Shown here one piece after another: positions 36,389-46,676 of a DNA stretch of 47,540 nucleotides; position 1 is the stretch's first letter; each line of letters begins with the position of its first letter. Where the stretch lies: NCBI GenBank assembly GCA_050050115.1, contig JASFUX010000001.1:1-47540 (forward strand), read 5' to 3'. Origin of the DNA: Maricaulaceae bacterium (GTDB taxonomy: Bacteria > Pseudomonadota > Alphaproteobacteria > Caulobacterales > Maricaulaceae). The position numbers and the translations under genes are program-made. The notes under the pieces are model-generated. The model saw only the letters and a list, made by a program, of their open reading frames with translations. It made no database searches and was not told the origin of the DNA.

Positions 36389-38746
36389 CTAGAAAGTTGT
36401 TGTTGTACTGAACCGGAACGTTTCCGTCCTGTCGTACTCCTCGGCCGCCAGCACTTCGGAGAAGTCGAACCGAATAGGCCCGAACGGCGATCTCCAGAAG
36501 ATCGAAACGCCCGCGGACGCTCTCAATGAAAGATCGTCACGAATGTCCAGCCCGGAGGCCGCCAATGAGTCGTCATCGTCCAATACGCCAAGATAGCCGA
36601 AATCGCTGAACAAGCTGCCGCGGATTCCATATTGCTCGGGCAGGCCCAGCGGGAAGGCAAGCTCTGCGGTCCCGATGGCGAAAAATTGACCGCCCAGCGC
36701 GTCGCCTGAAATAAGCGAGCCGTCCGACTGTTCTTGGACCACGCGCGGGCCCATGCCGGCGGTCTCGAACCCGCGGAAAGACTGACCGCCCTTGAAGAAT
36801 CGGTCGTTGATCCGGACCTCGTCCCCGCCCCAGGGCGCGATGTAGCCCCCGGACATGCTCAAGCTCGCGACCAGCTGCGGCGAAAAGATCGAGCGGTAAG
36901 CCGTTCCGTCGAACTCTGAGCTCAAGAACTTCACGTCCCCGCCCAAGCCGGCGAACTCCTGCTGCACTGACGCGACGAAGCCGCGCGTAGGCTGGAACGG
37001 ATCGTCGCGGCGATCCCAGCTCAAGGCGAACTGCGCGATCGAGGACATCCGCTCGCCCGACTGCAGCGCGATCGGGCTGGAGGCGCCGGCGAAGGTCTGC
37101 ACGTCGTCGAGCCTCAGCGTATAGCTCAGCCGCAGACTCGCTCGCTCGGTCACGGGGAAGCCGAAGTTGAGGCTCGCGCCGGTCGAGCGCGTCTCGAACG
37201 AGGCTTCGCTCAAGAAATCCTGGCGCGTGTTGAAGATGTCGAAGCCCGCGGCGATGTTGCGCCCGAGGAACCGGGGCTCGGTGAAGCGGATGTCGACGAT
37301 CTGCCGCCGCTGGCTCGCCGAGATCCTGAAGCGCAGGAACTGGCCGCGGCCGCGCAAGTTCCGCTCGGTGATGGACAAGTCCACCAGGAAGGCGTCGACG
37401 GATGAGAAGCCCGCGCCGAAGTTGAGCTCGCCCGTCGGCTGCTCGGTGACCTGGACCTGCATGATCGCCCGGTCCGGTTGAGAGCCGGGTAGCGATGCGA
37501 TCTCGACCTCTTCGAAGAAGCCCAGCGAGCGGACGCGCTGGCGCGAGCGCTCCTCGAGCACGCGGTTGAAGGCGTCGCCTTCAACGAGCTGCACCTCGCG
37601 GCGGATCACGTGATCAAGCGTCCGGGTGTTGCCCACCACGTCGATCCGCTCGATGTAGACGCGCGGGCCCTCCACGATCGTGAAGACGAACGAGACCGTG
37701 CGCGTTTCGCGGTCGACGACGCGCTGGCGCTGGATGTTGACGAAGGCGTAGCCCGCCGCGCCCGCCGCGAACGTCAGAGCGTCCTCGGCGTCGGTGATCC
37801 GGCTCTGCTCGTAGAGCTGGCCGGTCCTGAGCGGCACCAACGCTTCGAGCGCATCCTCGTCGAGCACCTCGATTTCGGAGACGACCTCGATGTCGCCGAA
37901 GCTGTACACCTCGCCTTCGTCGACCACGTAGGTGATGAAGAAGTCTTCCTGATCGGGCGTCAGCTCGGCGACCGCGGAAACGACGCGGAAGTCCGCATAA
38001 CCGCGGTCAGTATAGAACTCGCGCAGAAGCTCGCGGTCATACTCGAGCCGCGCCGGGTCGTAGTTGTCGTTCGAAGAGAAGAAGCGCCAGAACCGGGATT
38101 CGCGGGTGACGACCTCGCCGCGCAGCCGACGATCGGAGAAGGCCTCGTTGCCGATGAAGTTGATCCGCCGCACGCCCGTGAGCGGTCCTTCGGTGATCTC
38201 AAAGACGAGGTCGATCCGGTTTTGCGGCTGCTCGACGACCCGCGGCGTGATTTGCGCCGCGAAGCGGCCTGACTGCCGGTAGACCTCGATCATCCGCTGG
38301 ACATCGGCCTGCACGCGCGCGCGGGTGAAGATCGCGCGCGGCTGCGCCTGGATCTCTTCAGACAGCTTTTCATCGTCGATCGCGCGGTTCCCCTCGAACG
38401 TCACGCGGTTGATGATCGGATTTTCGACGACGCGAATGACCAGGAGATTGCCGCGCCGCTCGGGCACGATGTCGGCGAACAGGCCAGTATCGAACAGCAC
38501 CTCCATCGAGGTGTTGATCTGGGCGGGGTCGAACGGCATGCCCGCGGCGACGGTGAGGTAGGAGAGCACGGTCTGGCTCTCGATCCGCTGATTGCCCTCG
38601 ACCAGGATCCCCTGGATGATGTCGCCGCTGCGCTGCTGCGCCTCTACGGCCGGGGCGCCGACGAACGCCATGGCGACAAGCGCGGCGCAAACCGCAACTT
38701 GCGCGCGCCTCACGAGGCGTCGGAGCAGATCACCCACAAAGGTCAT
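36389..38746 (-). CDS. bamA: outer membrane protein assembly factor BamA
   Basis: 785 aa with a signal peptide, five POTRA-like repeats (IQGILVEGNQRIESQTVLSYL...) and a C-terminal beta-barrel ending ...FRFSTTTTF (terminal Phe). Confidence 0.95.
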   Translation of the reverse strand: MTFVGDLLRRLVRRAQVAVCAALVAMAFVGAPAVEAQQRSGDIIQGILVEGNQRIESQTVLSYLTVAAGMPFDPAQINTSMEVLFDTGLFADIVPERRGNLLVIRVVENPIINRVTFEGNRAIDDEKLSEEIQAQPRAIFTRARVQADVQRMIEVYRQSGRFAAQITPRVVEQPQNRIDLVFEITEGPLTGVRRINFIGNEAFSDRRLRGEVVTRESRFWRFFSSNDNYDPARLEYDRELLREFYTDRGYADFRVVSAVAELTPDQEDFFITYVVDEGEVYSFGDIEVVSEIEVLDEDALEALVPLRTGQLYEQSRITDAEDALTFAAGAAGYAFVNIQRQRVVDRETRTVSFVFTIVEGPRVYIERIDVVGNTRTLDHVIRREVQLVEGDAFNRVLEERSRQRVRSLGFFEEVEIASLPGSQPDRAIMQVQVTEQPTGELNFGAGFSSVDAFLVDLSITERNLRGRGQFLRFRISASQRRQIVDIRFTEPRFLGRNIAAGFDIFNTRQDFLSEASFETRSTGASLNFGFPVTERASLRLSYTLRLDDVQTFAGASSPIALQSGERMSSIAQFALSWDRRDDPFQPTRGFVASVQQEFAGLGGDVKFLSSEFDGTAYRSIFSPQLVASLSMSGGYIAPWGGDEVRINDRFFKGGQSFRGFETAGMGPRVVQEQSDGSLISGDALGGQFFAIGTAELAFPLGLPEQYGIRGSLFSDFGYLGVLDDDDSLAASGLDIRDDLSLRASAGVSIFWRSPFGPIRFDFSEVLAAEEYDRTETFRFSTTTTF

Positions 38747-38791
38747 GTCGGACCGTCCCCAAGCTGGCCAGCCTTGTTGTTTCGGCTGGGA

Positions 38792-40261
38792 TCACGACAG
38801 CAACTGCCCGATCGTCTCAAACACGCGCAGGTACTTCAGATCGTTCCAAAAGGCGAAGACCATCAAGCCCATAACCATCGCCAGACCGATCCGAAATCCC
38901 CACTCCTGAGCCCCCTCGCCCAGCGGCCGGCCCGCGACCGCCTCGTATGCGTAGTACACAAGATGTCCCCCGTCGAGAACGGGAATGGGCAGAAGGTTGA
39001 TTAGTCCAATGGCCACCGAGAGCGCGCCGGCCAGCAGAACCAATTGAAACAAGGCGCTGCTTGCGCCAGCAAGGGGATCGCCGTCCGCGCTGCTCCAGGC
39101 GGTTGCGGCGATATTTCCCGCGGTGTTGGCCATGCGCAACGGGCCGCCGAGCTCGGCGCCGGATTCCTTGCCCTGGAAGATGCGCCCGACGTAGCGCGCC
39201 GGCAGCACTGCGGCGCGCCAGGTCCAGGCCGCGCCCTGCTTCACGGCGCCGATCGGACCGTATCGATCGACCAAAATCGTCGCATCAGCGTCGCCACGCC
39301 ACCCCAGATAGGGGTAGCTGTCAGGCTCGCCCGGCAGGGGGTCGCTGATGGGGCGCAGCTCGATGTCGGCGATCAGTTCGACGCGCCGTCCGTCGCGTTC
39401 GACGGTGAACGTCGCAGCGCCCGCCCCGGCGTCCTCCAGATAGCGTTGCAGCTCGATGAAGTAATCGATCGCTTGACCGTCGACCGAAACGATGCGGTCG
39501 CCACGCTCGAAGCCGGCCGCGGCGGCGGGGGAGCCGGACGCGGACTCGCCCAGGATCGTCGGCACGCCCGGTGCGAGGCCGATATAGCCGAGCGAGGTTT
39601 CCCCACCGAAGCCGTCGGCTCGGGTTTCGCGGCCGACGGTGACGCCGAGGTCAATGCTGCTTCCGCCGCGCTCGACGGTGAAGACCGCTTCTTCGCCGGC
39701 GGCGAGCGCTGCGAACTCGCGCACGTCGGACAAGAAGCGGATCGGGCGCGCGTTGATGTGGGTGATCAGGTCGCCCTTCTCGAAGCCCGCCGTCTCGGCC
39801 GGAGTGTCCTCGACGACCGCGCCGACGATCGGCGCAAAGCCGCGCTCGCCGACGAAGCCGATCGCCACCGTGAAGATCGCCAGCGCAAGCACGAAGTTCG
39901 CGACCGGTCCGGCCGCGGCGATGATCGCGCGCTGCCAGACGGGCTTGAAGTGATAGCAGCCCGCCACCGCCTCTGCTCCGTGCTCGGCCTCGATCTTGGC
40001 CTTGAGCGCCTTGAGCTGCTCCGTGTCGGGATTGCTCGCTGCAGACGCGTCGCCGAAGAAGCGGACGTAGCCGCCGAGAGGTATCGCGGCGAGCCGCCAG
40101 ACCGTGCCGGACCTGCTCTGCGTCGACCAGAGAGTCTTGCCGAAGCCGAGGGAGAAGGTCTCGACCTTCACCCCGCAGGCGCGACCCGCCCAATAGTGTC
40201 CAAGCTCGTGAAACGTCACGACGATGGAGAACACAAAAAGGAAGGCGAGGATCGTCACCAT
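38792..40261 (-). CDS. rseP: RIP zinc metalloprotease RseP (M50 family, PDZ domains)
   Basis: 489 aa with HELGHYWAGRACGVKV (HExxH), PDZ-like segments (GFEKGDLITHINARPI, GFERGDRIVSVDGQAI) and a C-terminal NLLPIPVLDGGHL motif. Confidence 0.9.
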   Translation of the reverse strand: MVTILAFLFVFSIVVTFHELGHYWAGRACGVKVETFSLGFGKTLWSTQSRSGTVWRLAAIPLGGYVRFFGDASAASNPDTEQLKALKAKIEAEHGAEAVAGCYHFKPVWQRAIIAAAGPVANFVLALAIFTVAIGFVGERGFAPIVGAVVEDTPAETAGFEKGDLITHINARPIRFLSDVREFAALAAGEEAVFTVERGGSSIDLGVTVGRETRADGFGGETSLGYIGLAPGVPTILGESASGSPAAAAGFERGDRIVSVDGQAIDYFIELQRYLEDAGAGAATFTVERDGRRVELIADIELRPISDPLPGEPDSYPYLGWRGDADATILVDRYGPIGAVKQGAAWTWRAAVLPARYVGRIFQGKESGAELGGPLRMANTAGNIAATAWSSADGDPLAGASSALFQLVLLAGALSVAIGLINLLPIPVLDGGHLVYYAYEAVAGRPLGEGAQEWGFRIGLAMVMGLMVFAFWNDLKYLRVFETIGQLLS

Positions 40262-40309
40262 GCTCGCATCAACTCATCGTCCCTCAAGGAGGTTTTCACG
40301 CCGAAGATC

Positions 40310-41545
40310 TCACGCCGCCAGAGCGTCAGCTTCATGTTCCGCCCACCGGCGGGCGGCCGCGTCGAGCGCCAGCCGATCGTCCAAGCTCGCCCCGCCCGCG
40401 TCGCGAGGCTCCGCCTCAGAATCACAGCTCTCAAGCACGCTCTCCACCACGCGGGAAATATCGAGGAAGCCTATCTGACGGTCAAGAAACCGAGACACGG
40501 CGACCTCATTGGCCGCGTTCAGGGCCGCCGGCGCGTTCCCGCCCGCCGCTAGCGCCTGGCGGGCCAGCTTGAGGCAGTAAAACGCCTCTTCATCGGGCGG
40601 TTCGAAGGTCAGGGTGCCGATCGCGGCGAGGTCGAGCCGTTCGGCCCCGCTCTCCATCCGGTCCGGCCAAGCGAGCGCATGGGCGATCGGCACCCGCATG
40701 TCGGGCGAAGCGAGCTGGGCGAGGACGGAGCCGTCGACGTAGGAGACGAGGCTGTGGACGATCGACTGGGGATGGACCAGCACGTCGAGCTGCGCGGCCG
40801 GCATCTCGAACAGATGATGCGCCTCGATCAGCTCGAGGCCTTTGTTCATCATCGTTGCGCTGTCTACGGAGATCTTCGCGCCCATCGACCAGACGGGATG
40901 ATTGACGGCCATCTCCGGCGTGACGGCGCGCATCTCTTCCAGGCTCCAGCCGCGGAACGGACCGCCCGAGGCGGTCAGGGTGAGCTTCTCCACCCGATGC
41001 GGACGTTCGCTCTCGAGCACTTGGAAGATCGCGTTGTGCTCGCTGTCGACCGGCAACAGCGCGCCTCCACCGGCGCGCGCGGCCTGCATCAGGATGTCGC
41101 CGGCGCAGACGAGCGCTTCTTTGTTGGCGAGCGCGACCTCGGCGCCGCGCTTCGCCCCCGCGATGGTCGGCGCCAAGCCGGCCGCGCCGACGATGGCCGC
41201 CATCACCCAGTCGGAAGGACGCTGCGCGGCTTCGATCACCGCCTCGGCGCCGGCGGCGGTTTGGGTGCTCGTTCCGGCGAGCGCGGACTTGAGCGCGTCG
41301 TGCTTGGCTGGATCGGCGATCACCGCAAGGTCCGCACGGAAAGTTCGCGCCAGCGCGGCGAGCTCGTCGACGTTCGAATGCGCCGTCAGCGCGGCGATCG
41401 GACAAGCGTCCGGACCATGCGCGGCGCGCACGCGCGCAACGAGATCGAGCGTCGCGCGTCCGACCGAGCCGGTCGCGCCGAGTACGGCGACGCGTTTTTC
41501 AGCCACCGCCGGCTTTGAGGCGATCTCCGCATCCATCAGGGCCAT
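40310..41545 (-). CDS. dxr: 1-deoxy-D-xylulose-5-phosphate reductoisomerase
   Basis: VAVLGATGSVGRATLDLV (NADPH site), LANKEALV, LPVDSEHNAIFQ, TASGGPFR and NHPVWSMGAKISVDSATMMNKGLE are diagnostic. An alternative ATG lies at 41536. Confidence 0.9.
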   Translation of the reverse strand: MALMDAEIASKPAVAEKRVAVLGATGSVGRATLDLVARVRAAHGPDACPIAALTAHSNVDELAALARTFRADLAVIADPAKHDALKSALAGTSTQTAAGAEAVIEAAQRPSDWVMAAIVGAAGLAPTIAGAKRGAEVALANKEALVCAGDILMQAARAGGGALLPVDSEHNAIFQVLESERPHRVEKLTLTASGGPFRGWSLEEMRAVTPEMAVNHPVWSMGAKISVDSATMMNKGLELIEAHHLFEMPAAQLDVLVHPQSIVHSLVSYVDGSVLAQLASPDMRVPIAHALAWPDRMESGAERLDLAAIGTLTFEPPDEEAFYCLKLARQALAAGGNAPAALNAANEVAVSRFLDRQIGFLDISRVVESVLESCDSEAEPRDAGGASLDDRLALDAAARRWAEHEADALAA

Positions 41546-42405
41546 ATCAGCACTTTCCCCGCGTGCAAGACAGCCGCGACCATCAGGCCGTCCACGCGAT
41601 CAAGCAGCCCGCCATGCCCTGGTATGAGCGCGCCGGCGTCCTTCACGCCGTACCGCCGTTTGAGCCAGGATTCGAGCAGATCCCCGCAAAGCGCACCGAC
41701 GCCCAGCACAGCGGCGCCAAGCGCCTTGGCTGCAAGGCCCGTCCAGCCGAAGCCGCTGGCTAGAAGCCCGCCGACCACGCCAGCCAGCAGCGCGCCCGCG
41801 ACGAGACCGGCCCAAGTCTTCTTCGGCGAGATCTTGGGCGCCAACAGCCGTCCGCCGATGAGCACGCCCGCCGCGAACGCTCCGGTGTCCGCCGCCCAGA
41901 CGCAGGCGAAGAGATAGGTGACGCGTTCGGCGCCGTCAGCGTTCAAACGCAACCAGACCAGGGCCACGCAAGGCGCGGTCACATAGATCACGCCGAGCGC
42001 GGCGGACACCGCCGGACCAAATCCACCGCCCCGCCGGCCGCGCTCGACGGCGGACGCGAGCGCGGCGAGCGTCATCCACAGCCACGCCGCGGGCATCTGC
42101 TGCGCCGCTGCGGCGATCGTCGCGCCAGCCGCGCCGGCCGCGGCCAAGGCGAACGCCTGATCGCCGCCGTCCGCGTCCGACATCCGCGTCCATTCGCGCG
42201 CCAGGATCACCGCGGCGGCCGCGATGAAGCCCGAGAACGCCGCGCCGCCAATCCAGGCCGCCGCCAGCGCGGCCGGCGCGAGCACGAGGGAGGATGCGAT
42301 GCGCGCGCGAAGCTTCAGTGCGCCGGCGTCATCGCCGGAGCCTGTCGGTTCGTTTGCGGAAATCGGGCCTACCGCCTCGTCCTCAGTCGACATTGGCGGC
42401 CGCAA
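41536..42405 (-). CDS. cdsA: phosphatidate cytidylyltransferase
   Basis: Polytopic, with the C-terminal CTP-transferase signature GDLLESWLKRRYGVKDAGALIPGHGGLLDRVDGL. The start is uncertain (42405 or 42393); both overlap the uppS 3' end. Confidence 0.85.
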   Translation of the reverse strand: MRPPMSTEDEAVGPISANEPTGSGDDAGALKLRARIASSLVLAPAALAAAWIGGAAFSGFIAAAAVILAREWTRMSDADGGDQAFALAAAGAAGATIAAAAQQMPAAWLWMTLAALASAVERGRRGGGFGPAVSAALGVIYVTAPCVALVWLRLNADGAERVTYLFACVWAADTGAFAAGVLIGGRLLAPKISPKKTWAGLVAGALLAGVVGGLLASGFGWTGLAAKALGAAVLGVGALCGDLLESWLKRRYGVKDAGALIPGHGGLLDRVDGLMVAAVLHAGKVLIWP

Positions 42406-43120
42406 CGCGTCCGAACCGCCGGTCGCGCCCCTGATACTCGTCGAGAGCGGCCTCGAGCGCAGCGCGATCGAACTCCGGCCAAAGAACGTCCGTGAAGACG
42501 TACTCGGCGTAGGCGGACTGGAACAGAAGGAAGTTCGAGATCCGCTTCTCCCCGCTCGTCCGGATCAGCAGATCGACATCCGGCATCTCCGGCACGTCGA
42601 GGCTTTGGGAGAATTTCTCCGCGTCGATGTCCTCAGGCCGGATCGCGCCGGAAGCGACCTCGCTCGCCAGCCGCCGGGCCGCGCGCGCGATCTCGTCGCG
42701 CCCGCCGTAGTTGAACGCAATGGTCAGGTTGAACCGATCATTGTCCGCTGTCTGAGATTCGGCTCGCTCGATGATGTCCGCAAGCTCGCGGCTCAAGTTG
42801 TCGCGGTCGCCGGCGATGCGGATGCGCACCCCTTCGCGCCGCAGCCGCTCGAGGTCGGCGTCGACGAAGCGGCGCAAAAGGTCGAGGAGGTCGCTCACCT
42901 CGTCTGCCGGGCGATCCCAGTTCTCGGTCGAAAAGCCGAACAGCGTCAGCCATTGCACGCCAAGCTCGCCCGCCGCGCGGACGGTGCGGCGCACCGCTTC
43001 GACGCCTTCGCGATGGCCGAAAGCGCGCGGCCGGCCGCGCGCGCGCGCCCAGCGCCCGTTGCCGTCCATGATGATGGCGACATGGCGAGGGCGGTTTTCT
43101 GGGCTCAATGAATGCGACAT
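42383..43120 (-). CDS. uppS: isoprenyl transferase (undecaprenyl-diphosphate synthase)
   Basis: HVAIIMDGNGRWA, LTLFGFSTENWDRP and IRTSGEKRISNFLLFQSAYAEY are canonical cis-IPPS motifs. Confidence 0.9.
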   Translation of the reverse strand: MSHSLSPENRPRHVAIIMDGNGRWARARGRPRAFGHREGVEAVRRTVRAAGELGVQWLTLFGFSTENWDRPADEVSDLLDLLRRFVDADLERLRREGVRIRIAGDRDNLSRELADIIERAESQTADNDRFNLTIAFNYGGRDEIARAARRLASEVASGAIRPEDIDAEKFSQSLDVPEMPDVDLLIRTSGEKRISNFLLFQSAYAEYVFTDVLWPEFDRAALEAALDEYQGRDRRFGRVAAANVD

Positions 43121-43136
43121 GAGGTCCGGCGCGGGG

Positions 43137-43700
43137 TCAGACCTGCATGATCTCCTGTTCCTTGGCTTTCAGCAATCCGTCGATCTCGGCGATGGCGCCG
43201 TCGGTCGCGGATTGGACGTCATCCGAATGCGCCTTGTGCTCGTCTTCGGAGATGTCGTGGTCCTTCTCGGCGCGCTTTAAGGCTTCCATGCCGTCTCGGC
43301 GCACGTTGCGCACCGCGACGCGCGCGCTCTCGGCGTATTTGCCGGCAAGCTTGGCGAGCTCGGCGCGGCGTTCCTCGTTGAGCATCGGGATCGGAATGCG
43401 AAGCGCCTGTCCGTCCACCACCGGATTGAGGCCGAGGCCAGAGTTGCGGATCGCCTTGTCGACCGCGCCGACGAGCGACTTGTCCCAGACCTGCACCGAG
43501 ACCATGCGCGCGTCAGGCGTCGAGATGGTGGCGACCTGGTTGATCGGCGTTTTCTGGCCGTAGGCTTCGACCTGCACCGGATCGAGCAGCTGGGTCGACG
43601 CGCGGCCCGTGCGCAACCCGGCGAACTCGTGCTTGAGGCTGCCGATCGCGCCTTCCATCCGGCGCTTAATGTCGGCGAGATCGTATTCTCCGTCGCTCAT
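43137..43700 (-). CDS. frr: ribosome recycling factor
   Basis: ORF trimmed to the ATG at 43700 ([35 protein letters not shown]...), which overlaps the pyrH TGA (ATGA). It also has [22 protein letters not shown]. Confidence 0.95.
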   Translation of the reverse strand: MSDGEYDLADIKRRMEGAIGSLKHEFAGLRTGRASTQLLDPVQVEAYGQKTPINQVATISTPDARMVSVQVWDKSLVGAVDKAIRNSGLGLNPVVDGQALRIPIPMLNEERRAELAKLAGKYAESARVAVRNVRRDGMEALKRAEKDHDISEDEHKAHSDDVQSATDGAIAEIDGLLKAKEQEIMQV

Positions 43701-44479
43701 TTCTTGCTCTCCGCGGCCTCGTTCGGACCGATGATCGTGCACACGCCTTTGCCGGCGAGCACCTTTGCGAGTCCCCCCTTCTCGCGGATCGAAAACACGA
43801 TGATCGGGATCTGATTGTCCCGCATCAGACTGACCGCCGAGGCGTCCATGACCTTGAGATCGCGTGCGAGCACCTCGGTGTAGTCGAGACGGTCATAGCG
43901 GGTCGCGTCCGCGTTGGTCTTCGGGTCGGCCGAATAGACCCCGTCGACCTGAGTGCCCTTGAAGAGTCCGTCACAGCCCATCTCGGCGGCGCGCAGCGCC
44001 GCGGCGGTGTCGGTGGTGAAGAACGGGTTTCCCGTGCCCGCGGCGAAGATGACGATCCGGCCCTTCTCCATGTGCCGGATCGCGCGGCGGCGGATGTAGG
44101 GCTCGCACACGGTCGTCATCGGGATCGCCGAGAGCACGCGGGTGTCGAGCCCCTTGCGCTCGAGCGCGTTCTGCATCGCCAGGGCGTTCATCACCGTGGC
44201 GAGCATGCCCATGTAGTCCGCCGAGGCGCGCTCCATGCCCTGCGCCGCGCCCGACAGTCCGCGGAAGATGTTGCCCCCGCCGATGACCAGACAGACCTGC
44301 ACGCCGGCGCGCGCGGCTTCGGCGACTTCTTCGGCGATCCGGTCGGCGGTCGGCAGGTCGATGCCGTAGGGCTCCTCGCCCATCAGCGCTTCGCCGGAGA
44401 TCTTCAACAGCACGCGCGAGAAATTATGCGATCCCGTCCGTGCGGCTTTCGTCTTGGCGGCGGCCTCAGCAGCGCTCAA
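43697..44479 (-). CDS. pyrH: UMP kinase
   Basis: [29 protein letters not shown] and [17 protein letters not shown] are diagnostic. The apparent start is TTG at 44479, with GGGAGA about 8 nt upstream. Confidence 0.9.
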   Translation of the reverse strand: MSAAEAAAKTKAARTGSHNFSRVLLKISGEALMGEEPYGIDLPTADRIAEEVAEAARAGVQVCLVIGGGNIFRGLSGAAQGMERASADYMGMLATVMNALAMQNALERKGLDTRVLSAIPMTTVCEPYIRRRAIRHMEKGRIVIFAAGTGNPFFTTDTAAALRAAEMGCDGLFKGTQVDGVYSADPKTNADATRYDRLDYTEVLARDLKVMDASAVSLMRDNQIPIIVFSIREKGGLAKVLAGKGVCTIIGPNEAAESKK

Positions 44480-44497
44480 TGGCTCATTCTCCCGCGC

Positions 44498-44535
44498 ACG
44501 ACGGCGGCCGGCGCCAGTCCGGCGCCGACCGTCGT
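44498..44535 (-). repeat. two-tier GC-rich inverted repeat (stem-loop) in the tsf-pyrH spacer
   Basis: The outer stem pairs 44498-44504 with 44529-44535 (7 bp) and the inner stem pairs 44509-44515 with 44521-44527 (7 bp). The loop is 44516-44520. No U/T tract follows on either strand. Confidence 0.3.
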
Positions 44536-44583
44536 CTCATAGCAGGATTCCGCTGCGAGAGCCCGCCTCGTCGAGACGGCTCT

Positions 44584-45522
44584 TTAAGAGCCTCCCGTCG
44601 CGGCGGCGACCTCCGCGGCGAAGTCCTCTTGCTTCTTCTCGACGCCCTCGCCGAGCTCCATGCGCACGAAGCCCACAAGCTCAACCGGCGCGCCGACGTC
44701 CTTGGCGGCTTTTTCGATCACCGCTTTGACCTGGGAATCGGGGTCCTTCACGAACGCCTGCTCGAGCAACACCGATTCCTGATAGAACTTGCGCAGGCGG
44801 CCCTCCACCATCTTCTCGATGATGTTCTCGGGCTTGCCCGACGCGCGAGCCTGCTCGGAGAAGACCTCGCGCTCCTTCTCGACGACGGCGGGATCAAGCT
44901 CCTCGACACGCGCGGCGAGCGGCGAAGCGGCCGCGACGTGCATGGCGATGTCGCGCCCCAGCGTGTCGAGCGCTGCGGCGTCGCCCGCGGACTTGAGCGC
45001 GACCAGCACAGCGATCTTGCCGAGGCCGTCGGCGGCCTGGTTGTGGATGTAGACCGCCACCACGCCGGGATCGACGCTCAGCCGCGTCAGCCGGCGCACG
45101 GCCATGTTCTCCCCGATCGTCGCGATCAGCGAGGTGATCTTGTCCTGCACGCTCTCGCCGCCCGAGGTCTTGGCTTCGAGCAGCTTTTCGACGGACTCCG
45201 CATCGCCGAGGGCGAGCTTCGTGGCCTCGCCGACGAACGCCTGGAAGGTCTCGTTCCGCGCGACGAAGTCGGTCTCGGCGTTCACCTCGACCGCGGCGCC
45301 GACGGCGGCGGTTCCCTCACGCTTGGACGCGGCGCCGACGAGCCCATCGGCGGCCACCCGATCGGCCTTCTTGGCCGCTTTCGACAGGCCCTTCTTGCGC
45401 AGCCAGTCGATCGCGCCTTCGAAGTCCGCGCCGGTTTCGGTGAGGGCCTTCTTGCAATCCATCATGCCGGCCCCGGTCTTCTCGCGAAGCTCTTTCACAA
45501 GTCCGGCCGTGATTTCCGCCAT
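44584..45522 (-). CDS. tsf: translation elongation factor Ts
   Basis: 312 aa. [45 protein letters not shown] is the canonical UBA-like N-terminus. Confidence 0.95.
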   Translation of the reverse strand: MAEITAGLVKELREKTGAGMMDCKKALTETGADFEGAIDWLRKKGLSKAAKKADRVAADGLVGAASKREGTAAVGAAVEVNAETDFVARNETFQAFVGEATKLALGDAESVEKLLEAKTSGGESVQDKITSLIATIGENMAVRRLTRLSVDPGVVAVYIHNQAADGLGKIAVLVALKSAGDAAALDTLGRDIAMHVAAASPLAARVEELDPAVVEKEREVFSEQARASGKPENIIEKMVEGRLRKFYQESVLLEQAFVKDPDSQVKAVIEKAAKDVGAPVELVGFVRMELGEGVEKKQEDFAAEVAAATGGS

Positions 45523-45609
45523 GATCCTACATTCCTTTCGCTATACGCCCTCGCAAGGGCCATCTGGCGCGCGCTGCGCGACAGAGAGCCCCGCGCGCGC
45601 GTTCCGCGT

Positions 45610-46464
45610 TCAGTCTTTCTCCGCTCCGGCCTCTGCCGGCTCGGGTTCGGCCGGCTTCTCGGCCTCGGCGGCTTCCGCCGGAGCCGCTTCGGCCGCCGGC
45701 TCGGTCTCGCCCTCGCCCAGCGCGGTCTCGGTCGGGTTCTCGGACTCGCCGAGATCCACGCCAAGCGCCGCCTGGCCTTCGGCCAGACCATCGAGCACCG
45801 CATCCGCGAGCAGATCGCAATAAAGCGCGATTGCGCGCGCCGCGTCGTCGTTGCCCGGAATCGGGAAGTCGACGTCGTCGGGATCGCAGTTGGTGTCGAC
45901 GATCGCGATCACCGGAATGCCGAGCTTGCGCGCCTCCTGGATCGCGATCGCCTCCTTATTGGTGTCGATCACGATCATCAGGGCCGGCACGCCGCCCATG
46001 TCCTTGATCCCGCCGAGCGAGCGCTCGAGCTTGTCGCGCTCCCGGGTGACCTGAAGCAGCTCTTTCTTGGTCAGACCTGTGGGGCCCTCTTGATCTAGGA
46101 GCGATTGCAGATCGCGCAAGCGTGCGATCGAGTGCGAGATCGTCCGCCAGTTGGTCAGCGTGCCGCCGAGCCAGCGGTGGTTGACGTAATACTGGGCGCA
46201 GCGCTGGGCGGACTGGGCGATGCCCTCGGACGCCTGCCGCTTGGTGCCGACGAACAGGATCCGCCCGCCCCCGGCCGCCGTTTCGCGCGCCTTGAGCAGC
46301 GCCTGGTGGAGGAGCGGCACGGTCTGCGAGAGGTCGATGATGTGAATGTTCGAGCGAACGCCGAAGATGTAGCGATCCATCTTCGGGTTCCATCTGTGGG
46401 CCTGGTGGCCGAAATGCACGCCAGCTTCCAAGAGCTGGCGCATGCTGAAATCAGGCAACGCCAT
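45610..46464 (-). CDS. rpsB: 30S ribosomal protein S2 (acidic C-terminal extension)
   Basis: [29 protein letters not shown]... and [10 protein letters not shown] are canonical. An Ala/Glu/Pro-rich tail follows. Confidence 0.95.
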   Translation of the reverse strand: MALPDFSMRQLLEAGVHFGHQAHRWNPKMDRYIFGVRSNIHIIDLSQTVPLLHQALLKARETAAGGGRILFVGTKRQASEGIAQSAQRCAQYYVNHRWLGGTLTNWRTISHSIARLRDLQSLLDQEGPTGLTKKELLQVTRERDKLERSLGGIKDMGGVPALMIVIDTNKEAIAIQEARKLGIPVIAIVDTNCDPDDVDFPIPGNDDAARAIALYCDLLADAVLDGLAEGQAALGVDLGESENPTETALGEGETEPAAEAAPAEAAEAEKPAEPEPAEAGAEKD

Positions 46465-46578
46465 ATAGGTTCTCCGGTTGGCCTCCGCAGACTGAACCGG
46501 CCATCGGGCCGGACCGGAGCGACGCGCCGCCTGTCATGGAGGCGCAGCCGCGAGGTCTGCGTGTGGATTTGAGCCGCG

Positions 46579-46608
46579 CTTATAGGTCCGCCTTGGGCGT
46601 GCTTGCAA
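46579..46608 (-). promoter_or_regulatory. candidate sigma-70-type promoter for rpsB-tsf
   Basis: The minus strand reads TTGCAA (46603-46608), an 18-nt spacer, then TATAAG (46579-46584). It lies about 115 nt upstream of the rpsB ATG. Pattern match only. Confidence 0.25.
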
Positions 46609-46676
46609 GCCCGGAAACGCCCCGCAACAGCTGGGAATCGCGCCTCGAAGGCCGCTCCGGACCCGCTTTTGGCGCC

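Noticed and set aside
44440-46098. 552-aa plus-strand ORF spanning the tsf and rpsB loci
   Set aside because: It is antisense to two unmistakable housekeeping genes. Its product is Arg/Gly/Leu/Asp-rich with no motif, the usual shadow ORF of GC-rich DNA.
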